Positions 1 through 7,925 of a DNA stretch of 64,000 nucleotides are shown here, piece by piece. A program made the translations under genes and the position numbers. Below the pieces are notes generated by a model that made no database searches, was not told where the DNA came from, and was given only the letters and a program-made list of their open reading frames with translations. Numbering within the stretch: position 1 is the stretch's first letter; each line of letters opens with the position of its first letter. The DNA is from Kiritimatiellia bacterium (GTDB lineage: Bacteria > Verrucomicrobiota > Kiritimatiellia > RFP12 > UBA1067): contig JAZOAC010000138.1 of assembly GCA_045595285.1 (NCBI GenBank), forward strand, positions 269-64,268, read 5' to 3'.

Positions 1-216
1 CTCTCGCGAAGTCAATGAGAATATGGTTCGGACTGGTTTTAAGATTACTGTACAGATGAAATCTTGACGTTCGGATATTGACAAATTGCGTCCGAAAACA
101 CTACAACCACTATCGCCCTGTTTCTCACTGACAAACCACCAAAGTGGAATTGTGAGAAAAGAATCGAAGGCATAGCAAGAACAAAGCCATGGCATCTATT
201 GCATAATTGGATTATA

Positions 217-225
217 TGGTAAAAT
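217..225 (+). promoter_or_regulatory. candidate extended -10 element (TGgTAAAAT) upstream of the GH2 gene
   Basis: TGGTAAAAT read at 217-225, 47 nt upstream of ATG 273. No convincing -35. The same TGn-TAwAAT form recurs upstream of other genes in this window. Confidence 0.3.
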
Positions 226-272
226 GCGTGTTTTATAAATCCATAAACCACACCAGACAGGAGATTGAAAGA

Positions 273-2147
273 ATGAAGAGAATCACAGTGTTGGCTGCGA
301 TTTTGGCTGGGCTCGCCGCATCCGGCTACGAAAAGGCGATGTCACCGCTCATGACAACGTGGGGCGATAAGGTGACTCCCGAAAACGCATGGCGCGGATA
401 TCCGCGTCCTCAGATGGTGAGAGAAGGATGGACGAACCTCAACGGCGAATGGGACTATGCCGTGACCAGCGTCACCAACACTTCCGGACGCCCCAGAATC
501 TGGAACGGCAAGATTCTCGTTCCGTTCGCGATAGAGAGTGCCCTTTCAGGAGTCGGCCGACTCCTGAACCCCGACGAATTTCTCTGGTACACGCGTACAA
601 TCAACTGCAACCCCAAGCCGGGCGAGCGTATCCTTCTCCATTTCGGCGGTGTCGATTTTCGCACAATGGTGTTCATTGGACACACCGAAGTCACTGATGT
701 GCCACACGAGGGCGGACAGAACCCATTCACGCTCGACATCACCGACTATGTCAAGAATGGCGAAAATGAACTGACCGTGTGCGTATGGGATCCCACCGAA
801 GACTTCGTCAACTCGCGCGGCAAACAGAGCTTCAAACCACACGGTTGCTTCTACACCCGCGTCTCCGGCATTTGGCAGACCGTATGGATGGAAACGGTCC
901 CGGAAACATACATCGAATCCTACAAGTGCGTAACCGACATAGACAATGGCGAGGTACGCTTCGACTTCAAGGTCGTCGGATCCGAACTGGACGAGGAGGT
1001 GGAGATCGACGTCTTTGACGGCGACAAGCGCGTTGCATCAGTGGAGGATTACATAAACAAACCCGTCACCATCAAGATGCCCAAGGGCTTCAAGCTCTGG
1101 TGCCCCGAGTCGCCCAATCTCTACACCTTCAAGATAAGGTACGAACGCGACACATTCTCCGGATATTTCGGAATGCGCAAATTCGAAAAACGCAAGGACT
1201 CGAATGGACACCTCAAATTCTTCCTCAACAACCGTCCTTGCTTCCTGATGGGCACACTCGACCAGGGTTGGTGGCCAGATGGGCTTCTCACTCCGCCATC
1301 CGAAGAGGCCATGGCATACGACATCAAGGCACTCAAGGATTGCGGCTTCAACACGCTCCGCAAGCACATCAAGGTCGAACCGCTTCAGTACTACGCGCTC
1401 TGCGACAGGATGGGAATACTCGTCATCCAGGATCTGCCCAGCGGCTCCGGATCGCCGAGAGATCCAATTAATGCCGCCACCACCGCCCGCTACCATCTTC
1501 AGCGCACGGAACTCAAGGAGATGATGGATACGCTCCGGAATGTCCCTTCCATCGTCATGTGGTGCCCATATAACGAAGGATGGACGCAGCCCGGCGAATT
1601 CCTCACACATTCGACTCTGGATTTCGTCCGCAGATACGATCCGACGCGCCTGGTAAACGGCCCTAGCGGATGCTGGGACTGGGAAGGCGGACACCTTCTG
1701 CCCAAGGGCTGGAAATGGGAGAATCGCGTCCTCTCAGCACACAAGCCCGCAGATGAATGTGAAGCAGCCGACACCGTTGACATGCACCTCTATCGCGGCC
1801 CGGCTATGTTCGATGCCAACGACCGGCGCGTGAGTTTTCTCGGCGAATACGGCGGTCTCGGCCACCCTGTGGAAGGACATCTCTGGAAAGCCACAAAGGA
1901 CGGCAAGGGCAATTGGGGCTACGGAGGCATCGCAGACACAAAGACGCGCAAAGGTCTGGAGAAGACCTACCTCGATCTTCTCGGCAAAGTGGAAGAGCTC
2001 GCTAAGAAGGGTCTGGGCGGAGCCATCTACACTCAGACCACTGACGTCGAAGTGGAGATTAACGGCATTCTAACCTATGACCGCAAGGTGCTCAAGTTTA
2101 ATCCTGAAACACTGAAGGCTGCCCACAGTAGACTCTATCGCGACTGA
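273..2147 (+). CDS. glycoside hydrolase family 2 enzyme (beta-galactosidase/beta-glucuronidase-like), probably secreted
   Basis: ORF 207-2147 (TTG) trimmed to ATG 273, which is preceded by GGAG at 260-263. Hydrophobic N-terminus MKRITVLAAILAGLAAS. GH2-type blocks: LLHFGGVDFRTMVFIGHTEV, SGIWQTVWMETVP, GFNTLRKHIKVEP, IVMWCPYNEGW (NE acid/base). Confidence 0.85.
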   Translation: MKRITVLAAILAGLAASGYEKAMSPLMTTWGDKVTPENAWRGYPRPQMVREGWTNLNGEWDYAVTSVTNTSGRPRIWNGKILVPFAIESALSGVGRLLNPDEFLWYTRTINCNPKPGERILLHFGGVDFRTMVFIGHTEVTDVPHEGGQNPFTLDITDYVKNGENELTVCVWDPTEDFVNSRGKQSFKPHGCFYTRVSGIWQTVWMETVPETYIESYKCVTDIDNGEVRFDFKVVGSELDEEVEIDVFDGDKRVASVEDYINKPVTIKMPKGFKLWCPESPNLYTFKIRYERDTFSGYFGMRKFEKRKDSNGHLKFFLNNRPCFLMGTLDQGWWPDGLLTPPSEEAMAYDIKALKDCGFNTLRKHIKVEPLQYYALCDRMGILVIQDLPSGSGSPRDPINAATTARYHLQRTELKEMMDTLRNVPSIVMWCPYNEGWTQPGEFLTHSTLDFVRRYDPTRLVNGPSGCWDWEGGHLLPKGWKWENRVLSAHKPADECEAADTVDMHLYRGPAMFDANDRRVSFLGEYGGLGHPVEGHLWKATKDGKGNWGYGGIADTKTRKGLEKTYLDLLGKVEELAKKGLGGAIYTQTTDVEVEINGILTYDRKVLKFNPETLKAAHSRLYRD

Positions 2148-2170
2148 CGGAATACAATATTATACCGGAA

Positions 2171-2207
2171 GAGAGACCACCGCATTCCGTGGCGGTCTCT
2201 CTTTTTG
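2171..2207 (+). terminator. rho-independent terminator after the GH2 gene
   Basis: 13-bp stem gagagaccaccgc/gtggcggtctctc (one mismatch, one G-U) with a 5-nt loop, followed by TTTTT at 2202-2206. Starts 24 nt after the GH2 stop and sits between convergent genes. Confidence 0.6.
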
Positions 2208-2210
2208 GCT

Positions 2211-2849
2211 TCAGAGAATCTTCAACCTCTCGGCCGGAACACCGAACACGGTTATGCCTGGCTCGACATCCCGCACCACAACGCTTCCTATGCCTACTGT
2301 CGATCCGGTCCCTATCTTTACGCGAGGAACAATCCTTGCCCCGGGGAACACGGAGACCCCCTCTTCCACGCAAACCCCGCCTCCAATGGAAACCAGCGAA
2401 TACACATGCGTATAGTCCGCAAGCGATGTGTCATGGCCGATGACCGTTCCGTGAAACACACAGGAATGCCGACCTACCGCAATATCCGCCGTCAACACCG
2501 CATTGTGTGCGATGAACGAACCGTCACCGACCGACACGTTCGGTCCCAACGATGCGAAACGGTGCACAATGGAAGTGAATCTACCGCCTCGCCCTTCAAT
2601 CATCGCCACACAGCGACGGCGTGTCGCGATATTGCCAAGTGCGGATATGAATACATCGTCTTCAGAAATCACGTAGGTTTCGGGATCGCCGATTATCGCG
2701 GGATAACCGGCAAACTCCTTCAGTGCATCAGGATTTCCGTCCAGAAACCCCTTAATGCGGAAGTTTTCACCGTATCCCACTGCTTCACGTGCTGCAGAAA
2801 ACATTTCCCGTCCAAACCCGCCTGCTCCAATTATGACCAGATTCTTCAT
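2211..2849 (-). CDS. hexapeptide-repeat sugar acyltransferase, NeuD/PglD family
   Basis: 212 aa. N-terminal Rossmann-like MKNLVIIGAGGFGRE, then left-handed beta-helix hexapeptide repeats (VGDGSFIAHNAVLTADIAVGRHSCVFHGTVIGHD...). ATG 2849 overlaps the upstream stop (ATGA at 2846-2849). Confidence 0.8.
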   Translation of the reverse strand: MKNLVIIGAGGFGREMFSAAREAVGYGENFRIKGFLDGNPDALKEFAGYPAIIGDPETYVISEDDVFISALGNIATRRRCVAMIEGRGGRFTSIVHRFASLGPNVSVGDGSFIAHNAVLTADIAVGRHSCVFHGTVIGHDTSLADYTHVYSLVSIGGGVCVEEGVSVFPGARIVPRVKIGTGSTVGIGSVVVRDVEPGITVFGVPAERLKIL

Positions 2850-3403
2850 GAACGGTACTTCTTCACAGCCTCTTCAAACGCCGGTGTATCGACAAACCCG
2901 CAACACTTGAACTCCGGGCAGAACCCTCTGTACACGCATTCTGGGACACAGGCCGAAGCCACCTCCGGCTCTTTTCTGGCGATCTCGTCCACGACGAGCC
3001 TCCATGCCGCACGGGTCTCTGGCGAAGCCTGAGAACAGAGTCGTCGACGAGACATGAACATTACAGCCTGTGCATTCGCATAACATTCATGCTCGACCGG
3101 CGCATCCTGACGGGCCCCTGCGCGATCCTCTCCGGTACGGTCGGTTCGCTGAGTTGACACGAAATGCTCTATGCCGAATTTGTGTCGAACGAAATGAACG
3201 GAAACCCAATAAGGGAGATTCGTCCACTTCCACGAAAACATGAGCTTTCGGATGGGAGAATGCTCAGAGAGGAGAATTGTCTTCTTCCATTTCGAAGATG
3301 GTTCCTTCGTTCCTTCCGGCATACGGATTGTTGTACGGGCGGCATCGGCAACACTACGCCACGTGCCGATTACATTCAGAAACTTTAATGCGGTCTTTTC
3401 CAT
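2846..3403 (-). CDS. short ThyX-fold (flavin-dependent thymidylate synthase-like) protein with a Cys-rich C-terminal tail; function uncertain
   Basis: 185 aa. HFVRHKFGIEHFVSTQR fits the ThyX signature RHR-x7-S as RHK-x7-S. The flanking blocks MFSWKWTNLPYWV and NAQAVMFMSRRRLCSQASPETR resemble ThyX core strands and helices by eye. It is shorter than canonical ThyX (~220-250 aa) and ends ACVPECVYRGFCPEFKCCGF. No HMM was run. Confidence 0.45.
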   Translation of the reverse strand: MEKTALKFLNVIGTWRSVADAARTTIRMPEGTKEPSSKWKKTILLSEHSPIRKLMFSWKWTNLPYWVSVHFVRHKFGIEHFVSTQRTDRTGEDRAGARQDAPVEHECYANAQAVMFMSRRRLCSQASPETRAAWRLVVDEIARKEPEVASACVPECVYRGFCPEFKCCGFVDTPAFEEAVKKYRS

Positions 3404-3410
3404 GCCCGAA

Positions 3411-3420
3411 ATTATATCAC
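3411..3420 (-). promoter_or_regulatory. extended -10 box GTGATATAAT, 7 nt upstream of ATG 3403 (leaderless-type promoter)
   Basis: Plus strand attatatcac at 3411-3420 is GTGATATAAT on the minus strand. Only TTCGGGC separates it from the ATG, and there is no Shine-Dalgarno. Confidence 0.5.
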
Positions 3421-3478
3421 ATTATGAATGCACACTTCGCACCATTCACCACGACAGCCATCCATCCCGCGCAACACC

Positions 3479-3503
3479 AAAAAGGCGCGGATAAATCCGC
3501 GCC
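3479..3503 (-). terminator. rho-independent terminator after the HU gene
   Basis: Minus strand reads GGCGCGGA-TTTA-TCCGCGCC (perfect 8-bp stem) followed by TTTTT. It starts 26 nt downstream of the HU stop at 3530. Confidence 0.7.
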
Positions 3504-3529
3504 CTCTGTCATCATGAAGGTTTGTTCAG

Positions 3530-3832
3530 TTAGCCAAGGATTGCATCCTTGAGAGCCTTGCAAGCAACGAGCTTGACAACCTTCTTGGCCTTGACCTTGA
3601 TCATCTCGCCGGTGGCGGGATTGCGGCAGGTGCGGGCTGGACGCTTGACAAGCTTGACCTTGCCGATGGCGGGAAGGGTAAGCCCCTTCTCTTCCTGCTT
3701 GGCGCCCTTGACGGCGATGTCAACGAGCTTCTCGTAAACGGCGACCGCCTGCTTCTTGGAGATGCCGGCTGCCTCAGCGAGAGCTGCCATGATGCCACTC
3801 TTGGTGGTAGGAACGATTTCTTTCTTAGCCAT
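3530..3832 (-). CDS. hup: HU/IHF-family nucleoid-associated DNA-binding protein
   Basis: ORF 3530-3913 trimmed to internal ATG 3832 (MAKKEIVPTTKSGIMAALAEAAGISKKQAVAVYEKLV...RTCRNPATGEMIKVKAKKVVK). About 100 aa, with the typical HU helix-turn and beta-arm R-x-x-R-N-P-x-T-G motif. Confidence 0.85.
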   Translation of the reverse strand: MAKKEIVPTTKSGIMAALAEAAGISKKQAVAVYEKLVDIAVKGAKQEEKGLTLPAIGKVKLVKRPARTCRNPATGEMIKVKAKKVVKLVACKALKDAILG

Positions 3833-3884
3833 GTCAGTTGTTTCCTTATAAGGTGTCAAGGGTGAATCCCATCGACAAGTACAT

Positions 3885-3913
3885 AAGATACAGTTTTCGC
3901 TCTGCTTTTGCAA
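3885..3913 (-). promoter_or_regulatory. weak sigma70-like promoter candidate for the HU gene
   Basis: Minus strand TTGCAA-17 nt-TATCTT (4/6 and 4/6 matches), about 50 nt upstream of ATG 3832 in an AT-rich spacer. Confidence 0.3.
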
Positions 3914-4197
3914 GAGGGAAAATCAAAAAAAAACTAAAATAATTCAGAACATAGATTAATCAAATTGCTCACACTTGTGCCAAGATGTCGGTCGTGCAGT
4001 TAACTTACGATTCAGAAATAGCCGTCAATCCGTCCGTACGCCCAAAGGTCAAACAACCATTCAACGGAAGTGGCAACGCCTCTGCACGAAACAACAGCAG
4101 AAAGCTTTTCGTCTATGCGAACTTCTGCAGCTAAAGGCCCCGTTTCACATTGAAATTCTATCGGTCCAGGTTTTATCTGCTACCCGGTCTGATCAGC

Positions 4198-5448
4198 TTA
4201 AACAATCTCACCGATGAAATCGTATTCTCTGACTTCTATGAGACGCACAAGCACGAACTCGCCGACCGGTGCGATTGCGGCGTCCTCATCAGAGAACCGA
4301 ACCACTCCATCGACATCAGGAGCCTGGCTTTCGAGTCTGGCGACGCCCGGGGAGACGACCAGTGCCGGAAGTTCCAGCCCAACCATGGACTTCGCCTTCC
4401 TGTCCCAGATACGCTTCTGCGCCGCCATGATCTTAAGTGCGCGCGACTGCGCCACCCTCATCGGCGGCCGCCCCTTCATCGCGGCTCCGGCGGTTCCCTC
4501 CTCGGGAGAATATGCAAACACGCCAAGATGATCGAACTGCATGCGCTTCACATCGGCAAGCATACGGGCGAAGGCCGCTGCCGTCTCGCCGGGGAAGCCT
4601 GTCATGACCGTCGTGCGCAGAGTGACGCCCGGCACTGCGGCGCGGATGCGTTCCGCCGCCTCCTGCGTAGCTTTCACCGCGCTTCCGCGCGCCATTGCCT
4701 TCAGAACCGCCGGATCCGTATGCTGAAGCGGGACATCCACATACTTCACCGCTCGCGGACTCGTGCGCATCCACTCAAGAAACTCGTCCGTAATCTCATT
4801 CGGATAGGAATAGAGGACACGTACCACGAAATCGCCACGAATCCTGTCCAGCGCCTTAAGCAAAGTGACAAGATTCGGCCTCGACTTTCCCGGGGCCGGC
4901 TTGAAGTCCACTCCGTAGAGCATCGGATCCTGCGCAATGACGTTCAGCTCACGCACTCCAGTGCGGACAAAATCACGCGCCTCCTTCAGAATCGCGCTCA
5001 TCGGACGCGAACGGTACTTTCCACGAATCGCAGGAATCGCGCAGTATGCGCAACGGTGCGAGCATCCTTCCGCAATCTTCAGATACGCGAAAGCCTTTCC
5101 GGAAAGGCGAAGACCGGGAATGCGCTGGCAACCGAACTTCTTGGGGACCCCTTCCCACGAATCGACGCCCTTGAAAAGCGACGCACGTTCGGGATATCGT
5201 TCCGGATAGCAGCCAGCGACGAAAACGCGCTTCACCGCGCCCTTGCGTTTGAGGGATAGGGCTCTTCGAATCTCACGCTCCGCCTCCTCACGGGCGGACT
5301 CGATGAACGCGCATGTATTGACGACAAGCGCGTCACAACGGTCAGGGGTGGACGAAAGAGTCCACCCCTCGGAGAGCATGCGACCTACCCGCACCTCGAG
5401 ATCGGCCGCGTTCTTTGCGCAGCCGAGACTGACCAGCCCTACGGTCAC
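4198..5448 (-). CDS. rimO: radical-SAM methylthiotransferase, RimO-like (MiaB/RimO/MtaB family)
   Basis: 416 aa. N-terminal MTTase block [14 protein letters not shown], radical-SAM CxxxCxxC ([13 protein letters not shown]) and a C-terminal TRAM-like tail. The GTG start overlaps the upstream stop (GTGA at 5445-5448). The subfamily is assigned by eye only. Confidence 0.7.
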   Translation of the reverse strand: MTVGLVSLGCAKNAADLEVRVGRMLSEGWTLSSTPDRCDALVVNTCAFIESAREEAEREIRRALSLKRKGAVKRVFVAGCYPERYPERASLFKGVDSWEGVPKKFGCQRIPGLRLSGKAFAYLKIAEGCSHRCAYCAIPAIRGKYRSRPMSAILKEARDFVRTGVRELNVIAQDPMLYGVDFKPAPGKSRPNLVTLLKALDRIRGDFVVRVLYSYPNEITDEFLEWMRTSPRAVKYVDVPLQHTDPAVLKAMARGSAVKATQEAAERIRAAVPGVTLRTTVMTGFPGETAAAFARMLADVKRMQFDHLGVFAYSPEEGTAGAAMKGRPPMRVAQSRALKIMAAQKRIWDRKAKSMVGLELPALVVSPGVARLESQAPDVDGVVRFSDEDAAIAPVGEFVLVRLIEVREYDFIGEIV

Positions 5449-7112
5449 GGAACAGGGAATCCAGCCACGAGCTTGGCGGCTTCCGCCTTCACCTTCTGCT
5501 GGAGTTCGACGTTTGTGATGTCAGAAAGGATGTCGGCGATCCAACCGCCTATCTTGGCGGCCTCAGCCTCCTTCATGCCGCGCGTCGTGATGGACGCCGT
5601 GCCCACGCGGATGCCACTCGTCTTGAACGGAGACTCCGTATCATACGGGATCGTGTTCTTGTTCACCACAATGCCGGCATTGTCGAGCGCGGCGGCGGCA
5701 TCCTTGCCCGTCATGCCCTTCTGCTTGACGTCGACGAGGAAGAGATGATTGTCGGTGCCGCCGCTCACGATGCGGAAACCGCGATCCTGGACCGCCTTGC
5801 ACATCGCCTTGCAATTCTTGACAATCTGCGCGGCGTATTCCTTCATCTCGGGCTGCATCCACTCGCGGAAGCAAATCGCCTTGGCGGCGATAATGTTCTC
5901 GAGCGGGCCACCCTGCATTCCGGGGAACACAGCGGAATCGAGCGCCTTGGCGTACTGCTCCTTGCAGAGCACGAGACCGCCACGCGGGCCACGAAGGGTC
6001 TTGTGCGTGGTGGAGGTGACGAAGTCGGCGTAGGGAACTGGCGACTCGTGCGCACCACCGGCGACAAGGCCGGCGATGTGAGCCATGTCCACAAGCATGA
6101 TCGCACCGCACTTGTCGCAGATTTCGCGGATGCGCTTGAAGTCGATCGCACGCGGATAGGCACTGGCGCCGGAAAGGAGAATCTTCGGCCTGACCTCCAT
6201 AGCCTGCTTTCCAAGGGCATCATAGTCAAGACACTCAGTCTCACGGTCAACCGTATACGGAACGATGTTGTAGAGCTTGCCCGAGAAGTTGACGGGAGAG
6301 CCGTGGGAGAGGTGACCTCCCTGGTCAAGCGAGAGCGAAAGGATCGTGTCTCCGGGCTTGATCGTGGCGAGATACACCGCCATGTTCGCCGCGCTGCCGC
6401 AGTGCGGCTGGACATTCGCGTGGTCGGCCCCGAACAGCTCGCATGCACGCTTGCGGGCAAGCTCCTCTGCTGCGTCAACAGGCAGGCAACCCGAATACCA
6501 GCGTTTGCCCGGATATCCCTCAGCGTACTTGTTCATCAGCACGCTGCCGGCGGCAAGACGCACCGCGCGGGAAGACGTGTTCTCGGACGCAATAAGGTTG
6601 ATTTCGGTATCTTCCTGATCGACCTGAGCCTTGATAGCAGCCCAAACCTCGGCATCCTCCTTCGCGAGGAGGGAGAAATCGGAAAGGCGCTTCGCGCGTT
6701 CAAGCTTTGAGCGGCGGACCGCATGGCGGGCAGTTTCATCGACAGACGCTGCGACAAATGCGTTCAGCATGTCGTAGGCGGTCTTCTCATCCGTCTCGTC
6801 TGCACCGATGCAGAGGACGTTGGCACCGTTGTGCCTGCGAGCGATCTCGGCCTCGCTGACGGAACGGCAGAGCGCCGCGCGGACGCCCTGGAAGCGGTTT
6901 GCCGCCATAGACATTCCCATACCAGTACGGCAGATGAGAACGCCAAAATCGACATCGCCCTTTGCGACGGCCATGGCGACGTCAGCGGCATAGTCAGGAT
7001 AATCGCAAGCTTCAGGATCAAAGCAACCGCAGTCACTGCAATCCTTGAAAGCGGCCATAAGCTTGGCCTTGAGTTCGAATCCGCCGTGATCGGCGCCGAT
7101 GGCAATCTTCAT
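5445..7112 (-). CDS. glyA: fusion protein: ribose-5-phosphate isomerase B (N-terminal ~145 aa) + serine hydroxymethyltransferase
   Basis: 555 aa. RpiB/LacAB block [15 protein letters not shown]...[25 protein letters not shown], then a complete SHMT ([42 protein letters not shown] with the PLP lysine). One uninterrupted frame. Confidence 0.9.
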   Translation of the reverse strand: MKIAIGADHGGFELKAKLMAAFKDCSDCGCFDPEACDYPDYAADVAMAVAKGDVDFGVLICRTGMGMSMAANRFQGVRAALCRSVSEAEIARRHNGANVLCIGADETDEKTAYDMLNAFVAASVDETARHAVRRSKLERAKRLSDFSLLAKEDAEVWAAIKAQVDQEDTEINLIASENTSSRAVRLAAGSVLMNKYAEGYPGKRWYSGCLPVDAAEELARKRACELFGADHANVQPHCGSAANMAVYLATIKPGDTILSLSLDQGGHLSHGSPVNFSGKLYNIVPYTVDRETECLDYDALGKQAMEVRPKILLSGASAYPRAIDFKRIREICDKCGAIMLVDMAHIAGLVAGGAHESPVPYADFVTSTTHKTLRGPRGGLVLCKEQYAKALDSAVFPGMQGGPLENIIAAKAICFREWMQPEMKEYAAQIVKNCKAMCKAVQDRGFRIVSGGTDNHLFLVDVKQKGMTGKDAAAALDNAGIVVNKNTIPYDTESPFKTSGIRVGTASITTRGMKEAEAAKIGGWIADILSDITNVELQQKVKAEAAKLVAGFPVP

Positions 7113-7141
7113 TTGTGTGGACCTTTCGTAAATTTCCGCAT

Positions 7142-7150
7142 ATTATACCA
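7142..7150 (-). promoter_or_regulatory. extended -10 element TGgTATAAT upstream of rpiB-glyA
   Basis: Minus strand TGGTATAAT, 29 nt upstream of ATG 7112. The leader contains GAAAGG. Confidence 0.4.
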
Positions 7151-7305
7151 AAAGCGACCCTGAGGTTCAATGGGCATTGCATTTCATTAAAGCGAATCAC
7201 TGTGCAGACGAACAATAAAGTCAACAGCCAAACCACCCTACTGGGGCATCAGCCATCTCGCCCGTCAGAAATCGACGCGCAAAATCTCCCTGACTTCCTC
7301 GTCCA

Positions 7306-7857
7306 TCATATCTCTACGGCCCCTTTTCTCAAGACCGCAATGGTGCCGTCCGCTTCCACGCGTACGACGGTGGACGCAACGCCGCCAGGCGATGCGCCAT
7401 CATCAACTACCAAATCCGCCGAAAGTCCGATGTCCGCCAAAGCCTGAGGTGCATCAATCGCCGGTCGCCCTCCTGAAAGATTCGCGCTTGTCACCTTCAG
7501 AACTCCACCACACAGCGCGAGAAGCCTACGCGTCCAGGCATGATCCGGCACTCTAAAACCTTCATTGCCCAAGACCATCGTCAAAGCGCCAGGCCAATGT
7601 CGTGCCGCCAGTTCCGACGCCTTTTCCGGGAAGCAAAAACCGAACGCACAGACCGCCGCCGCATCAGCAGCAAGAAACGCGATCTTCTTTCCGCTTTCAC
7701 GTCCCTTTATCGTGTACAACCTTTCGACGGCATCCGGGAATGCCGGATGCGCAGCAAGACCATACACCGTGTCCGTGGGAATCACAGCAACACCACCTGA
7801 ATTAAGAAGTGCCGCCGCCACTTCAAGCGACACATCATCGCATGGAAGGACTTTCAT
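7306..7857 (-). CDS. tsaC: L-threonylcarbamoyladenylate synthase, TsaC/YrdC/Sua5 family
   Basis: ORF 7306-7980 trimmed to ATG 7857, because the longer form would overlap the secDF 3' end. Motifs: VIPTDTVYGLAA, YTIKGRESGKKIAFL, LKVTSANLSG. Confidence 0.8.
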   Translation of the reverse strand: MKVLPCDDVSLEVAAALLNSGGVAVIPTDTVYGLAAHPAFPDAVERLYTIKGRESGKKIAFLAADAAAVCAFGFCFPEKASELAARHWPGALTMVLGNEGFRVPDHAWTRRLLALCGGVLKVTSANLSGGRPAIDAPQALADIGLSADLVVDDGASPGGVASTVVRVEADGTIAVLRKGAVEI

Positions 7858-7885
7858 GCACCTTTTCTTCGCGGCCGTCCCTGTG

Positions 7886-7916
7886 ATTCCAAGGTGAATC
7901 CGATGCACCTTGGAAT
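7886..7916 (-). other. perfect 11-bp inverted repeat (stem-loop) in the secDF-tsaC spacer
   Basis: attccaaggtg-9 nt-caccttggaat, read directly. It lies 10 nt after the secDF stop, with no U-tract on either strand. Confidence 0.5.
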
Positions 7917-7925
7917 CTATTGGAC

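Noticed and set aside
45-251. 68-aa minus-strand ORF at the window start; also the 80-aa ORF at 3975-4217 in the HU-rimO spacer
   Set aside because: Neither has a Shine-Dalgarno or promoter context. Both lie in AT-richer intergenic DNA, and their translations look random. The spacers are more likely regulatory. I could not identify an sRNA or riboswitch fold in them by eye.
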